Origin: Octopus vulgaris | Taxonomy: Eukaryota | NCBI GenBank assembly: GCA_951406725.2 | Contig: OX597818.1 | Span: forward strand, 29,078,001-29,142,000 | DNA: 64,000 nt | Direction: 5' to 3' | Shown here: in pieces, positions 49,528 through 64,000 of the stretch | How positions within the stretch are numbered: the stretch's first letter is position 1 | Layout: each line of letters starts with the position of its first letter | The notes under the pieces: generated by a model | What the model was told of the DNA's origin: nothing | Seen by the model: the letters and a program-made list of their open reading frames with translations, nothing else | Databases searched by the model: none | Translations under genes and position numbers: made by a program

Positions 49528-49826
49528 ATCATCATTTAGCGTCTGCTTTCCATGCTAGCATGGGTTGGATGGTTCAACTGGGGTCTGGGAAGCCAGAAGG
49601 CTGCACCAGGCCCAGTCTGATCTGGCAGTGTTTCTACGGCTGGATGCCCTTCCTAACGCCAACCACTCCGTGAGTGTAGTGGGTGCTTTTTACGTGCCAC
49701 CCGCACAGGTGCCAGATGGGGCTAGCAAACGGCCACGGTCGGATGGTGCTTTTTACGTGCCACCGGCACAGGGGCTAGACAAGGCTGCCAATGGCCACGA
49801 TCGGATGGTGCTTTTTACGTCCCACC

Positions 49827-49828
<2 letters not shown>
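49528..49828 (-). mobile_element. RTE 3' UTR/tail fragment
   Basis: Same tail and ~62-bp units as 31582-32040. Confidence 0.85.
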
Positions 49829-49882
<54 letters not shown>

Positions 49883-49885
<3 letters not shown>

Positions 49886-50856
49886 TCATCATCATCTTTG
49901 ATTAATGTCCATTTTCCATGCTGATATGGGTTGGACAGTTTGACTGAGGTCTGGAGAGCCAGCGGCTGCACCAGGCTCCAATCTAGTCTGGCAGAGTTTC
50001 TACAGCTGGATGTCCTTCCTAATGCCAACCACTCTAAGAGTATAGTGGGTGCTTTTTACATGTCCCTGGCATGAGAGCCAGTAAGGCAGGTTTGGCAACG
50101 GTCACATTTGGATGGTGATTTTTATGTGCTACCAGCACAGGAGCCAGTTAGAGGGTACTGGCATCGGTCATGATTGGTCGGTGCTTTTTATGTGCCACTG
50201 GCACAGGAGCCAGTAAGGCGAGACTGGCAACGAATGCATTTGGATAGTGCTTTTTACATGCCACCAGCACAGGAGCCAGTCAAGCAGACCTAGCAGCAAC
50301 CATGTTCAGATGATGCTTACTACATGCCATCAGCATGGGGAGTCAGTCAGCAGGCACTGGCCCCAGCTACAGTATTAGTTTTACCTGATTCGACTGGTCT
50401 TCTCAAGCATATCATATTGCCTGACACATCAAGAATATTCTTAACAGGGTAGGGCGTGCATGACTGTGATCTCACTTTAGTTGCTGGGTCTTCTCAATCA
50501 CAGCATATCTCCAAAGGTACCGATTTCCTGTCATTGTTTTTGTGAGTCTCAATGTTTGAAGGTCATGCTTCACCACCTCATCCCATGTCTTCCTGGGTCT
50601 ACTTCTTCCTCAGGTTCCTTCTACAGTTAGGGAGTGGCACTTCTTCACACAGCTGTCTTTATGCATATGTAACATATGGCTATACCAGTGCAGTCGCCTC
50701 TCTTGTGCACCACATTTGATGCTTCTTATAGGCAACTCTTCTCTCAGGGCACTTACACTCTGTCATGTATGTACACTGACATTACTCATCCAGCGGATCA
50801 TACTAGCTTCATTTCTTTCAAGGTTACACATGTCCTCAGCATTCATGGTCCATATT

Positions 50857-50860
<4 letters not shown>
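49883..50860 (-). mobile_element. RTE LINE 3' fragment with five-unit 3' UTR array
   Basis: ORF end (GRSRPRKTWDEVVKHD) at ~50565-50610, units at 50048-50370, (CAT)n tail. Confidence 0.85.
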
Positions 50861-50887
<27 letters not shown>

Positions 50888-51678
50888 TCTGACAATGGTT
50901 TAGCTGGTTGAAATTGTCAACAACATTCTTGTATAAAAATAATAAATATGCATAGATATATATGCCAATAAATTATATATACTAATGGATGCATTACAGA
51001 CATTGCTGGCTTCGTATAGGGGTTAACCTAATTATATGGAGTGAAATAGAATATGAAACCAAAGCCTGGGGAAAGGCATGTGATGTTTTAAGTAGGTGCT
51101 AGTGGGAACGATAGAAATTCCACAGAATGAAAAAGATTAGGGAGGCTATTTAAGAAAGAAAGGATGATTTGCATTTTTATTTCCATTTTGCTAAGTTATT
51201 TCACTTCCAATCACAATAATATATTATATAATTTTCAAAATTTCCTCCTGCTTAGCAGTTTATATTTCTCTTTTTCTCTCCAACAAACTTTTTAACTATG
51301 TAATTTCCCTCTTCATGTCTTTAACATTTCCATTTTTTTTAATACCTCTCACTTCCACTAACCACATGAGTGACAGCATAATGCATCAGCTGACTATCTG
51401 TTCTTTCACTCTCTCTTACATTCACTCTTCCTCTCTCTCACTGCCCCTTCTCCTCTTCTTTAACAAACTAAACCATAAAGTGTGAATGAACAGGTAGAAG
51501 AATAATATTAGAGATTTAGTTCAAGAAGAAAAAATACTCTTCACTATCAACATACCACCACCATCACCACCAATATCATCACTGTAGTTTTCAGTAACAG
51601 AGCTCATTTAATTTCAGCTCAACTGTTTGTTTATATCCTTTTCTTTCTGTTGATGTATCTCTCCAACGCTATCTACTG

Positions 51679-51718
<40 letters not shown>

Positions 51719-52323
51719 TACACACACACACACACACTGCCTCCTCTGTACCTGCCCTTCTTTAGCCTCACCACCAGAACCTCACCCGCTACTGAATATT
51801 GTCTACTAAAAATATCTTTCTCTTTACCTTTCTTTCCCCATCATACAGCATGTCGTTAACACTTCTCTCTCCCTCTTTTTTCTCACCGTCGTTTTCCTCA
51901 CTCCATTCAGCTAACCACATGATGCATTTGGCCTTACTATACATCTTTCTCTACTTCTTTCTTCTCTATTCTCTCCTCCCTCTCGCACTTTTATTCCACC
52001 TCTCACGCAATACACCTGCACCTCTCTTACTAACCAATGTGCAGCGGGTGAATGAACAAGCAGATTACTATATAGATTGAGTGACTGGTCATTAAGCATT
52101 AAACAGATATCACTTGTGTCCAGTTATCTCCCCCTCCCCCCTCCCCATACTTTTCTGTCCACTGTCAATTCTTGTTTAGGAATTTGGAGTGAATTTATAA
52201 CTGCATCACATATCTGTCCAACCACATATACTGATGTGCACACACATTGGTACATGTACACCCTGAAATGCCATACTACATATTGAGATATACACGAGAA
52301 AGAAGCAACAAGAATGGATTAGT

Positions 52324-52414
52324 TTTTAGTACAATTGTTTCATACAAAGACAGGCTTTATTAAAAGTTGCAAAAATTGCAGCAGATAAAAGTGTCCCGTA
52401 CTCATCAGCTAAAA
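52324..52414 (-). ncRNA. Type I hammerhead ribozyme, C3-G8 core, enlarged stem II (second copy)
   Basis: Minus strand UUUUAG-CUGAUGA-GUACGGGACA...UGUCUUUGUAU-GAAA-CAAUUG-UA-CUAAAA; palindromic CAAUUG stem III; within repeat 52295-52575 homologous to 10130-10390. Confidence 0.85.
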
Positions 52415-52609
52415 TACATATGAGTTCTCCAAACATCTTAGTGGGTGAGGCTATACTCATGAAGTATTGGAGATAATTTCATTAAAAGTAGATTTAGGTT
52501 GTAAACAGATTTCCGAAGTTCCTTAATGATGATGCACAGTCTTATCACAGGTTTTTAAAAAAGCTTATTAGCTTCACAGATAAAATTCAGTTTAGTCAAT
52601 TGAATAACT

Positions 52610-53112
52610 GTAGTGGTCTTTTTGTGTGCCTTAGGCTCAATTGCTGGAGACCGCTGGTTATGTGAAGCTGCTGTAGACTTATTAAACCCTGACTGGATAA
52701 GGTTGATGCAGGAAGGCCATATGTATGACAGCAGGATTCAGTCCCTTGCTGTATCTGCAGAAAGAGCCAGAAGTGGTTTTTGGAAAATTCCTGTAACTTC
52801 ACCAGCTCCAGTTTCAAGTCTCCTAATTTCCCCTTGTAATCTCAGGGATAACTATGCATAGTACGTGATTGTGAAAGACACCAACTGCTCTGCCTGCAAC
52901 ACCAAAGCTGAGCTGGTAACCAAGATCAAGGAAGTCATCCAGAGCTATTTTGAGGCAGTGGTGGAAGCTAGAGGTGACTACTTTGAGTAAATTATTATCT
53001 CCCAGTCATATTCTAGTCAATATTCTTTTTGATATTTTTAAATTCTTTATTTTTGGATGGGATTTTGAGTTTTCTTTTTGTTTTATGCAAACTGTCAAAT
53101 TTAGCCCAGACA
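52610..53112 (+). mobile_element. Tc1/mariner-superfamily transposase 3' remnant
   Basis: QQDSVPCC..QKWFLEN, VKDTNCSACNTKAELVTKIKEV..AVVEARGDYFE*, terminal CCCAGACACC. Confidence 0.6.
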
Positions 53113-53113
53113 C

Positions 53114-53183
<70 letters not shown>

Positions 53184-53849
53184 ATGATTATGATGATCAT
53201 TTAACATCGATTTTCCATGCTGGCATTGGTTGGATGGTTGGGTATGATCCAGCATATTGCAGCGCTGTACCAAGTTCCAGTGTTAATTTTAGTATGATTT
53301 CTACAGCTGGATGAGCTTACTAATGCCACCCACATTACAACGTGTATTGTGCACTTCTTTCATGCCACCAGCACTGGTGTGGTCACCAAGTGACTTGCAA
53401 GACAAGAGAACAACAAGAAAAAAATAAAAAAAAAAGCTCCTGCTACTAAGTGGTGGGGGAGAGTATTTGAGATGGAGTGGTTGCTTTATACCAGGTGTTA
53501 AAAGGCTAGAGTATGATAGAGGGATAAGCACAGGTGTCTTACTATAGTGGAGGTATATGGCTACTCAACATTACATAGAGGTAGATGGGATCAGCTGGGG
53601 ACATGGTAAAAGAAGATAGTGATGCAGTGTGAAGACAAATTCTTAAGGTACAAGGTGAGCATAAGATATGATGTAGACAGTAGGTCTGGGAAGGGGAGGG
53701 GAGAATGGATAAGTTCATAAAAGTATGAGGGAGAAGTAACATATTGTTAGAGATGGAGGCAGAAGTGAATGTAGTGAGTGATAGACAAAGGTGGTGGGCT
53801 GGTCTTCTGAGGCATAGTGAATAGTCAATTTTCTCAGTCCTTTGTTGTT

Positions 53850-55760
<1,911 letters not shown>

Positions 55761-55852
55761 TGGTCCTGCTGAAGCTTCGCTTCAATTAGGGATTTGCTCT
55801 GTTTCCTTGTCTCATAATAATTTCATCTGTTCTGAATTTTACACATTTCTAA

Positions 55853-55889
<37 letters not shown>

Positions 55890-57079
55890 TGTGTTTGTGT
55901 GTATGCATCTGTCTGTCTGTCTGCATGTATTTCTATACATGTGCATATATGTATGTATTTGTGTGTGTGTGTGTGTGTGCATGTGTATGTGTGTGTGCGT
56001 GTGTGTATTTATGTATGTGTAATATGTATATATTTGTATATCATCAACTTTTAACATCCATGGGTCAGATAGTTTGCCAGGATCTGGTATGCCAGAGGAC
56101 TGTACCATGCTCTATTGTCTGCTTTAGCATGGTTTCTACTGGTTGATGCCCTTCATAACACTAACCACTTTATGGAATGTGCTGGGTGCTTTTTACATTG
56201 CACCAGCCCCACAGGAAACACTAAGTAACTTGACAAAGACCCAGAGGAGAAATACTGAGGGAAGTGGCTTTGTGCTAGTTGATGAGAGCTTAAAAAGTTT
56301 GATCATGTAAGTAAATATAGGTGTCTTGCTGAAGAAGAGATATATCGATAACCCTATTGGAAAAGAAAGGAATTAAAGAGTGAGACAGTTAGACAGAAGG
56401 ATAAAGAGAGAGACAGGGAGTATGATTGAGAGAGAGAGAGAGTTAGGGAGAAAGAGAGAGAGAGTGAGAGAAATGATGGTAGACATGTGTTGGGACATAC
56501 CTGCAAGGTACAATGGGGGGTAAATATAACTTAAGTGGTACAGTGAATCGGCAGTGGGTAATAGAAGGGCAAATTTCATATGAGTGTGAGGAGAGAAGGT
56601 TAGAGATGGGGTAGAGGTGATCATATTAAGTGAACATGGGAGATATAGGAGTGGCTCAGGATGGGGTGGCATGAAGACTATGGTAGATATGTGAAGGCGT
56701 TAGAGTGAGGAATAGAAAATAAAGTGTTAAGGATGGAGTGTAGTAAAGAGGAGAGAGAGCACTGGCTAAAGGCAATAAAAGGTGGTGATTGGTGAAAACA
56801 GTGAGAAATGGAAGTGGTTCCAGGGGGAAGAGGAAGAAGATAACCAAAAGGGAGGGGATGTATGTGCCTGAGAGCAGAATCTACTCTCAGGTGATTACAG
56901 CAGCTGAGTAATACAAAAGATAGAGAAGCCAAGTAATACTATAGATAGAGAAGTGATGAATGTTAAGGGATGAGAGTTTAGGGAAATGATTGATGAGGGG
57001 AGAGAATGGAGTTGGGGCAGAGCTCCACATATCCAAGCTTTACAAATGTGGTTTCAGGATATCAGTTCTACTGTGGTGA

Positions 57080-58000
57080 TGGCCTTCTTGAGTACAAAAA
57101 CCATCAATCATCTTGATCCTTTGTCATCTTTGTAAGACTGAGCATCTTGATATCTGCCTTCAATACATCATTCCATGTCTTTCTCGGTCTTCCTCTTCCA
57201 CAAGTTTCATCCACTTTAAGTGCTCAGTACTTCTTTATGCAACTGTCCTCGTCCATAAGCATCCCATGACCAAATCAATGCAGTCTTCTCTCTTGCACAA
57301 TATATCTAATTCCTCTTACACCTAACTTTCCACTCAATAGATTACCACTTTCTTGTATATACACACTGGTATTGCACATGCAATGGAGCATACTAGCTTT
57401 ATTCCTCTCCAGACTTGCATGTCTCACTATAGCATTGCCATTCATTTCACTCAGAGAGAGAGAGAGTTTTTGTTGCCAACAGAGATAAAAGCTCTCTGAT
57501 TTCTTCCATCCTCTTCTTATTTCATCAATTACACTTTCAGAACATCTTCCTCCACTGCTAATTAGTCAGATAGCAGAAATTATCTTCTACCTCTAGGGAG
57601 CCTTTGGGCATGTCAATAAATCAATTTCCCATGTATCTGTTGACCTCATGGCTCCTATGCATTTTCTATGTAGAAACACTTCTCTCTCCATTAACCTTCC
57701 TGTGATTCCACTGCATCTCTTGTTTATCCATTGCTTTCACTGGGTATACTGTATGGAATTCCTGCCTATACCTTTCCTTCATATAGAGCATAGCCATTTA
57801 CCTGAAATGGGTAGAGTCTTATCTATATTCTTATTTTCTAGAACCTTGGTCTTTCCTAAATTCACTTTAAGTCTACTCAGTTCCAGGGTTTTCTTCCACA
57901 CCTGGAATTCTTTTCCAACTTTGCTACAGATTCTGTTATGAGAGCCAGGTCATAAGCATACTGTAATTCTGAAGTGAAGCTGGTCTTAGATTCCTCTTGT
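57080..58000 (-). mobile_element. Old RTE-clade LINE 3' fragment
   Basis: YAYDL, FQVWKKTLE..VNLGKTKVL; homologous to 32194-33150. Confidence 0.75.
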
Positions 58001-58269
58001 AAAATGGGGCCCCACTTCTGTTCCAACATAGCTCTAAAGGTTTATAACTCTTATTTCTTACAATATACGTGCTACCTGGCACCCTCAGTCACAATAAGTG
58101 ACAATCGAATTTTTGCTTTACGGTTTTATATTGTGTATAGCTGCCTTTGTATTTTATAATTTGTACATTAGTATTTTGCTGAATCAGCCATAAATTCATA
58201 GCCTGCCAACAGATGGCAGCACGCAGTTTATGTACACAAAGCTAGCAGTGGCTTTCACAAGGCAGAGTG

Positions 58270-58922
58270 CAGAGTGCTGAGTGACATAGCTGAGATTACT
58301 TCACAAGTTGTGAAATTTGTGTTTTTGTGATTACATGTATGCTGTAGTCTGGTGATTTTTTCATGGACTAGAACAAAGAACCAATGGGAAATTTTGTGTT
58401 AAACTTGGGAAGTCTGTTGAAGAAACATTGGGCATGCTTCTGCAAGCTTATGGTGATGATGCAATGGGTTGTATGCAATGTTTCTTGTGGCATGGGCACT
58501 TCAAAAGTAGAACTTCCCTGGAAGATGATGAGTTTTCTGGAAGATCTGCCACAAGTATCAACCCCAAAAATGTGGCATTGTGCATCGATAATTTGTTCCC
58601 CAAGACCAGATGGTCAGTTGAGAGTTCTACCATGATGTTTTGAAGCATTTGAGGGAGGACATTCAGTGGAAGTGACCATATCTGTGGAGCATGAAGAACT
58701 GGATTCTTCATGCCAACAATGCACACTGTCACTGAACTCTCCTCACTCATGAGTTTCTCATAAAGCAATATGGTATCTCTTCTGCACCTGCCCTATTTGC
58801 CAGATTTAGCTCCAGATTCCCACCTCTTCCCCAAGATGAAAATGCAGCTCAAAGGTTGCTGTTTTAACATTGTTGTCAAGATCCAAAGTGAATCGCAGAA
58901 AGTCCTCAACTCACAGAAAACT
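58270..58922 (+). mobile_element. Mariner remnant with internal deletion (same family as 22727-23845)
   Basis: Shared 5' region AAGTTGTGAAATTTGTG; LHLPYLPDLAPDSHLFPKMKMQLKG. Confidence 0.85.
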
Positions 58923-58924
58923 AC

Positions 58925-58990
<66 letters not shown>

Positions 58991-59222
58991 ACACACACAC
59001 ACACACTTTCTCTTGTTTTATATGTATACATATTTCTTATTTGATGTATTTAATATATTTGATGTGTCCAATTTGTTTATCCCCATAATTGCTTCTATAC
59101 CTGCTTAACCAGATCCCTCTTACAGCCTTTCTTTACATTGTGAAATGATCCCCTGTAAAGACATCAGAGTCTAAGTCTGAATCTTTTGAGCACTGTTAAG
59201 GGTTTTCTGGATCTCATCTGTG

Positions 59223-59253
<31 letters not shown>

Positions 59254-59257
<4 letters not shown>

Positions 59258-61725
59258 GAAACCAGGCTTCTGGAGTTCTGTGATGCATGTAAACTTTTAA
59301 TCTGCAACACTCACTACAGGAAGCCAGTCAGCCACCTGATAACATATCAATCAGGGGACTCTACTAGCAAGATTGATTTCATCCTCACCAGAAAGCGGGA
59401 CGCAAGGTTGCTCTTAAATACAAAGACCCTTCCGGGAGAAGAATGTACCCCCCACCCCAGCATAGGTTAGTCATTGGTGACTTTAGGCCAGAAGGATACC
59501 AAGAAGCAGACCAATCCAAAAAAGAAGGATTTGGAAGCTAAAAAACCCTTCACATGGTCAGAGATTTAGGGACATCCTCATCAAGAAATTTGAGAGAGGA
59601 GGAGGAGCTACAGACATCAGACATAGAAGGTAGCTGGAAATTCTTACAGGACAGCTTGCTGAGTGCCACAGACCAAGTCTGTGGTTGGTGCAAGTCCATC
59701 TCATCAGAGGGTCATAGTCCATCTCATCAGAGAGAGAGTCTGCTTAGATGAGATGCAGTTCAGTTTTGTGCCAGGTTGAAGCACCGCTGATGCCATATTC
59801 CTGGTTCCACAACTGCAGGAGAAATACCTAGCTAAAGATAAACCTCTATACTTAGCTTTTGTGGACTTGGAGAAAGCCTTTGACAGGGTCCCCCAATCCC
59901 TTATCTGGTAGGCGATGCGGAAACTGAAGATTGAGGAATGGTTAATAAAGGCTGTACAGGCCCTTTACAGAGAGGCCATTAGTAAGGTTAGGATTGGCAA
60001 TGAGTATAGTGAAGAATTCCGGGTAGAAGTAGGGTGTCCACCAATCCTCAGTCCCCTTTTATTCATGATAGTCCTCTAGGCAATAACAGGGGAATTCAAG
60101 ATGGGTTGCATTTGGGAGCTCCTCTATGCTGATGACCTGGCCTTCATAGCAGAATCACTACCAGAACTAGAAAAGAAATTTTGTGTGTGAAAGCTAAGTT
60201 TAGAATCAAAAGGCCTTAGAATCAATGTAGCAAAGACCAAAGTTCTAGTAAGTAGGAAGGCGAACACATCACACACTGCCTCAGGTGGCCCTGCTCGATC
60301 TGTGGAAAAGGTGTAGGTAGAAACTCCATAAGATGTACCCAGTGTGAGTTATGGACACATAAGAGGTGCAACAACATCAAAGGAAAATTAACCGAGAAGA
60401 TAGCTTTCATGTGTGGCAGATGCACAGGGGCAATAGACACCACAGATACTCAGAAAACAGATTCCATCACACTCCAGGGGAGAAACCAGAAGTAGTTGAT
60501 AGTTTCCACTACCTAGGCAACCAAGTTAGTAGTGGGGGTGGATGCTCAGAGAGTGTCACCACTAGAATAAGAATAGCCTGGCCAAAGTTTAGAAATCTTC
60601 TTCCCCTACTGGCGACAGAGGGTCTCTCGCTCAGAGTGAAAGGTAGATTGTGCAACACATGTGCGAACTGCCATGCTTCATTGCAGTGAAACATGGGCCA
60701 TGACTGCGGAGGACTTGTGTAGGCTCGAAAGAAATGAAGCTACCATGATCCATTGGATGTGTTATGTCAGTGTACATGCACAACAGAGTGAAAGCGCCCT
60801 GAAAGAAATGTTGGACATAAGAAGCATTGGATGTGGCATGCAGGAGAGACATTTGCATTGATATGATCATGTACTACGGATGGATGAGGAGAGATGTGTG
60901 AGGAAGTACCACCCCCAAACTGTTGAAGGAATCCAGGGTAGAGGTAGACCCAGGAAGACATGGGATGAGGTGGTCAAGCATGTCCTTTGAATGTTGGGCC
61001 TCACAGAGGCCATGACAAAAGACCGAGACCTCTGGAGATATGCTGTGACTGAGAAGACCTGACAAATGAAGTGAGTTCATGGCTTGCAGGATGGCCTGCT
61101 GTGCTGTTCTTGAGGAGACCTATTTAGTCAAATACATCAACATCAAAATAAAAATCAAATGGATATTGTAGTTGTGATACCCATGGCGGTGGCATGTTGG
61201 GCCTCACAGAGGCAATGACGAAAGACTGAGACCCGTGAGATATGCTGTGACTGCAAAGATCCAACAAATGAAGTGAGTTCAGGGTTCACAGGGTGGCCTG
61301 CTGTGCTTACCTTGGATCGTAGGGCAACCTGCTGTGCTTGAGGAGACCTATTGAGTTAAGTACATCTACATCAAAATAAAAATCAATGGAAATTGTAGTT
61401 GTGATACCCGTGCTAGTAGCATGTAAAAAGCACCATCCAAACGTGGCCGATGCCAGCACCGCCTTGACTGGTGTCCATGCCGGTGACACGTGAAAAGCAC
61501 CAAACAATCATGGCCATGTACCATCCTCCTCTGGTCTCTGTGCTAGTGGTACGTAAAAAGCACCCACTACACTCATGGAGTGGTTGACGTTAGGAAAGGC
61601 ATCCAGCTGTAGAAACACTGCCAGATCAGACTGGAGCCTGGTGCAGCCTCCTGGCTTCCCAGACCCTGGTCGAACCATCCAACACATGCTAGCATGGAAA
61701 TTGGATGTTAAACGATGATGATGAT
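59254..61725 (+). mobile_element. RTE-clade LINE with internal deletion and 3' tandem duplication
   Basis: RLLEFCDACKLLICNTHY..SKIDFILTR..LPGEECTP (APE), AFVDLEKAFDRVP, LLYADDL, DSFHYLG, GRPRKTWDEV; 3' UTR and (GAT)n tail. Confidence 0.92.
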
Positions 61726-61899
61726 GTATGTATATCCATGTAACTCCTCTACAGCAAGACATGGCATATCCATGTAATTCCTACTACAGCCAGACACCTA
61801 TATCTGTCCCCTCTGTACTTTAAATCTCACAACTGCTACAAAGCTATACTCTCCCAGTTGGTAGGGTATTTTGTGTTGCAAGGTACTTGTTGACCCTGT

Positions 61900-62116
61900 T
61901 AATGCTGTTACCATGTAAAAAGCACTGGTGATGGGGCCATATAAAAACACTAATACAATCTGTAAAGTGGTTGGCATCAGAAAGGGCATCCAGCTGCAGA
62001 AACCATACCAAAACAGACAATGAACATTGTTGTGGCTTATAGCCTTGTCAGTTCCTGTCAAATTTTCCAACCCATTCCAGCATGGAAAACAGATGTTATG
62101 ATGATGATGATGATGA
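61900..62116 (+). mobile_element. Older RTE 3' tail
   Basis: GGTTGGCATCAGAAAGGGCATCCAGCTG motif and (GAT)n end. Confidence 0.7.
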
Positions 62117-62149
62117 TATATACTTAGATGTACATACATATAAGCATAC

Positions 62150-62551
62150 ACCACACCTTGTCTACAAATGAGAGTTGAGAAATTCCACAGTAATTATCTT
62201 CTCTTTCTCTTATAAGCAAGGTTTTGTTTCATTCTGGATTGACTTCCCAGCAACATTGCTGAGGAGCTTCTTCTTGAGTCTCAGTGTAGTTTCAGAAGTG
62301 GCAGAGTGATATTGGATAGGATTTTTGTTTTGCATCCTGTCAGGCAACTTCAAGAGAAATGCAATGAACAGAAGCTGGACTTGTATGAAGTCTCTGTTGA
62401 TCTGAAGAAGACTTTTGATCCTGTAAATAGAAATTCTTTATGGAGTGTTCTGAAGCTTCGGTGTCCTGTTAAGTGTGTTCCTCAGCTTAGATGTTTTCAT
62501 GATAGAATTGAGAGTATGTGTTGAAATGGTGTTAAACAAAGCCACATATAT

Positions 62552-62640
<89 letters not shown>

Positions 62641-63600
62641 AACTTCATTTGCCTTGTATTTTCTTTAGTGTTGTCGATGGCTTTTGAGGAGTGCTTACAT
62701 GGTTTCTATATCGGATACTGAACAATGGGGATGATGTTGCTGCCAAAATAAAGTGTTCTTATATGTAAATTCCTGTATATTGATGACTTTCATATTTATC
62801 TTGATGCTCACTCCCAGAATGATATGCAGCATCTTATGGACTCCTTTTCAACAGCATGCAATGCATTGAGCCTAACAACCAGCCTACAAAAGACAGTCAT
62901 AATATACCAATGTGCACAAGGTAAAGCCTACTCTTGTGTTTATGTATATGGACAGAAATTGTTGCTTGTGGAAAAATTTGTGTATTTAGACAGTACTGTG
63001 AAAATGACGAATATTCTTGATAATGAAATTTCCCTCCATATCAAGAAAGCCTGTGATGCATTTGGAAAATTTGTTAGAAGTTTATGGTCTTGGTATGGAA
63101 TTTCAGTTGTGACAAAATCAAAAGTCTGCAATACTTGTATTTTGTTTTTATTGCGATAGTCTTGTCAGATCTTTGTTATTTACTAGAGACATATGAATAG
63201 GCTGTCATCTACTAAATGTTCAGTAACAAACATAAGTGACAAATTCCTTGAATTCAATAAGCCTAGTAGTGTATAGTCTCTTGTAGTTCAAGATTATGAT
63301 GCAGTGGTTATATGGTCAAGATGGAAGATGGTTGGATTCCTTAGCAATTTATATGTTGTAAGTTTGGTCAGGGTAAAAGACCAGCACACAATCTTAAATG
63401 AAATAAGAACTGCATCAAGAATATACTGGAAAAAGTTAAAATGTTGGAAAATGGATGGGAAAACATCATTCTAGATCATTCCTTATATATAAAAGCAGTG
63501 CATCATCACTGGAAGGAATTTGAATGAAATTGTACTGAGCATGAAAATCTCAAGAGAGATGTTCATAAGGGTCTTGATGTTAATTTGCCTGAGAATGTTG
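62150..63600 (+). mobile_element. Old RTE-BovB-like LINE, heavily degraded, interrupted by (CA)n
   Basis: VRQLQEKCNEQKLDLY..VDLKKTFDPVNR; MQHLMDSFSTAC..SLQKT..VEKFVYLDS..EISLHIKKACDAFGK. Confidence 0.8.
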
Positions 63601-64000
63601 GTTTAACATGTAACAAATGTGGTTGTTTCTAAGACAGACATACCATAGAAGTCACCAGAGAAGCCACACACACACAGAGGAACATTGTTAACTATACATT
63701 GTGCAGCATCTCTTCTTGCAGTGAATGTGGAAAAGAATGTGCATCAGGAGACAGAGTGAAATGCCATGACAATTCACCAAAGCAATACTATAACACCTAC
63801 TACAAAAGGTGCCCATCATTGTGACATATCAAAAGCCACATCAATGTTGCTTATGTTCAAAAGAACTATCAAGTAGTGGCATTATTTGAAATGAAGTTGC
63901 AACTATTATATATTTGTGTGTGTGTGTGATGAGAGAGAGAGAGAGAGAAGAAAAAATATTACTATACTGCTGAGTATTGTGCCTTATTGTATGAAAATTA

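Noticed and set aside
56340-57010. Purine-rich tract with minus-strand Leu/Ser/Pro-rich ORFs
   Set aside because: Low-complexity GA-rich sequence; no domain or splice evidence.

Overview
Eukaryotic, AT-rich, microsatellite-laden genomic DNA. By inference it is cephalopod (Octopus-like), from the SINE/RTE/Penelope repertoire and the very long (TA)n/(CA)n runs. Almost the whole window is decayed mobile DNA: RTE and RTE-BovB LINEs, CR1-group LINEs, three tRNA-SINE families, Penelope-like elements (PLEs) with GIY-YIG domains, mariner/Tc1 remnants, Helitron/Helentron derivatives and a Ty3/gypsy fragment. The only credible host coding sequence is one 273-bp phase 1-1 exon encoding an Ig-like domain (26769-27041, +), so the window is probably mostly intron of a cell-surface receptor gene. 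The most notable signal is seven type I hammerhead ribozyme motifs in PLE-type terminal or fold-back repeats. Their catalytic core shows three states of the 3-8 tertiary pair: canonical C3-G8 (CUGAUGA/CUGAAGA), U3-A8 (UUGACAA, UUGAAAA) and G3-C8 (GUGAACA, twice). One family also carries AAUAAA inside an enlarged stem II loop. Other notable items are hairpin-unit arrays of variable copy number in an RTE 3' UTR, many fold-back inversions, and a 3' tail shared by a SINE and CR1-group LINEs. Most short ORFs in the track are microsatellite artefacts. All calls were made by eye and element boundaries are approximate.
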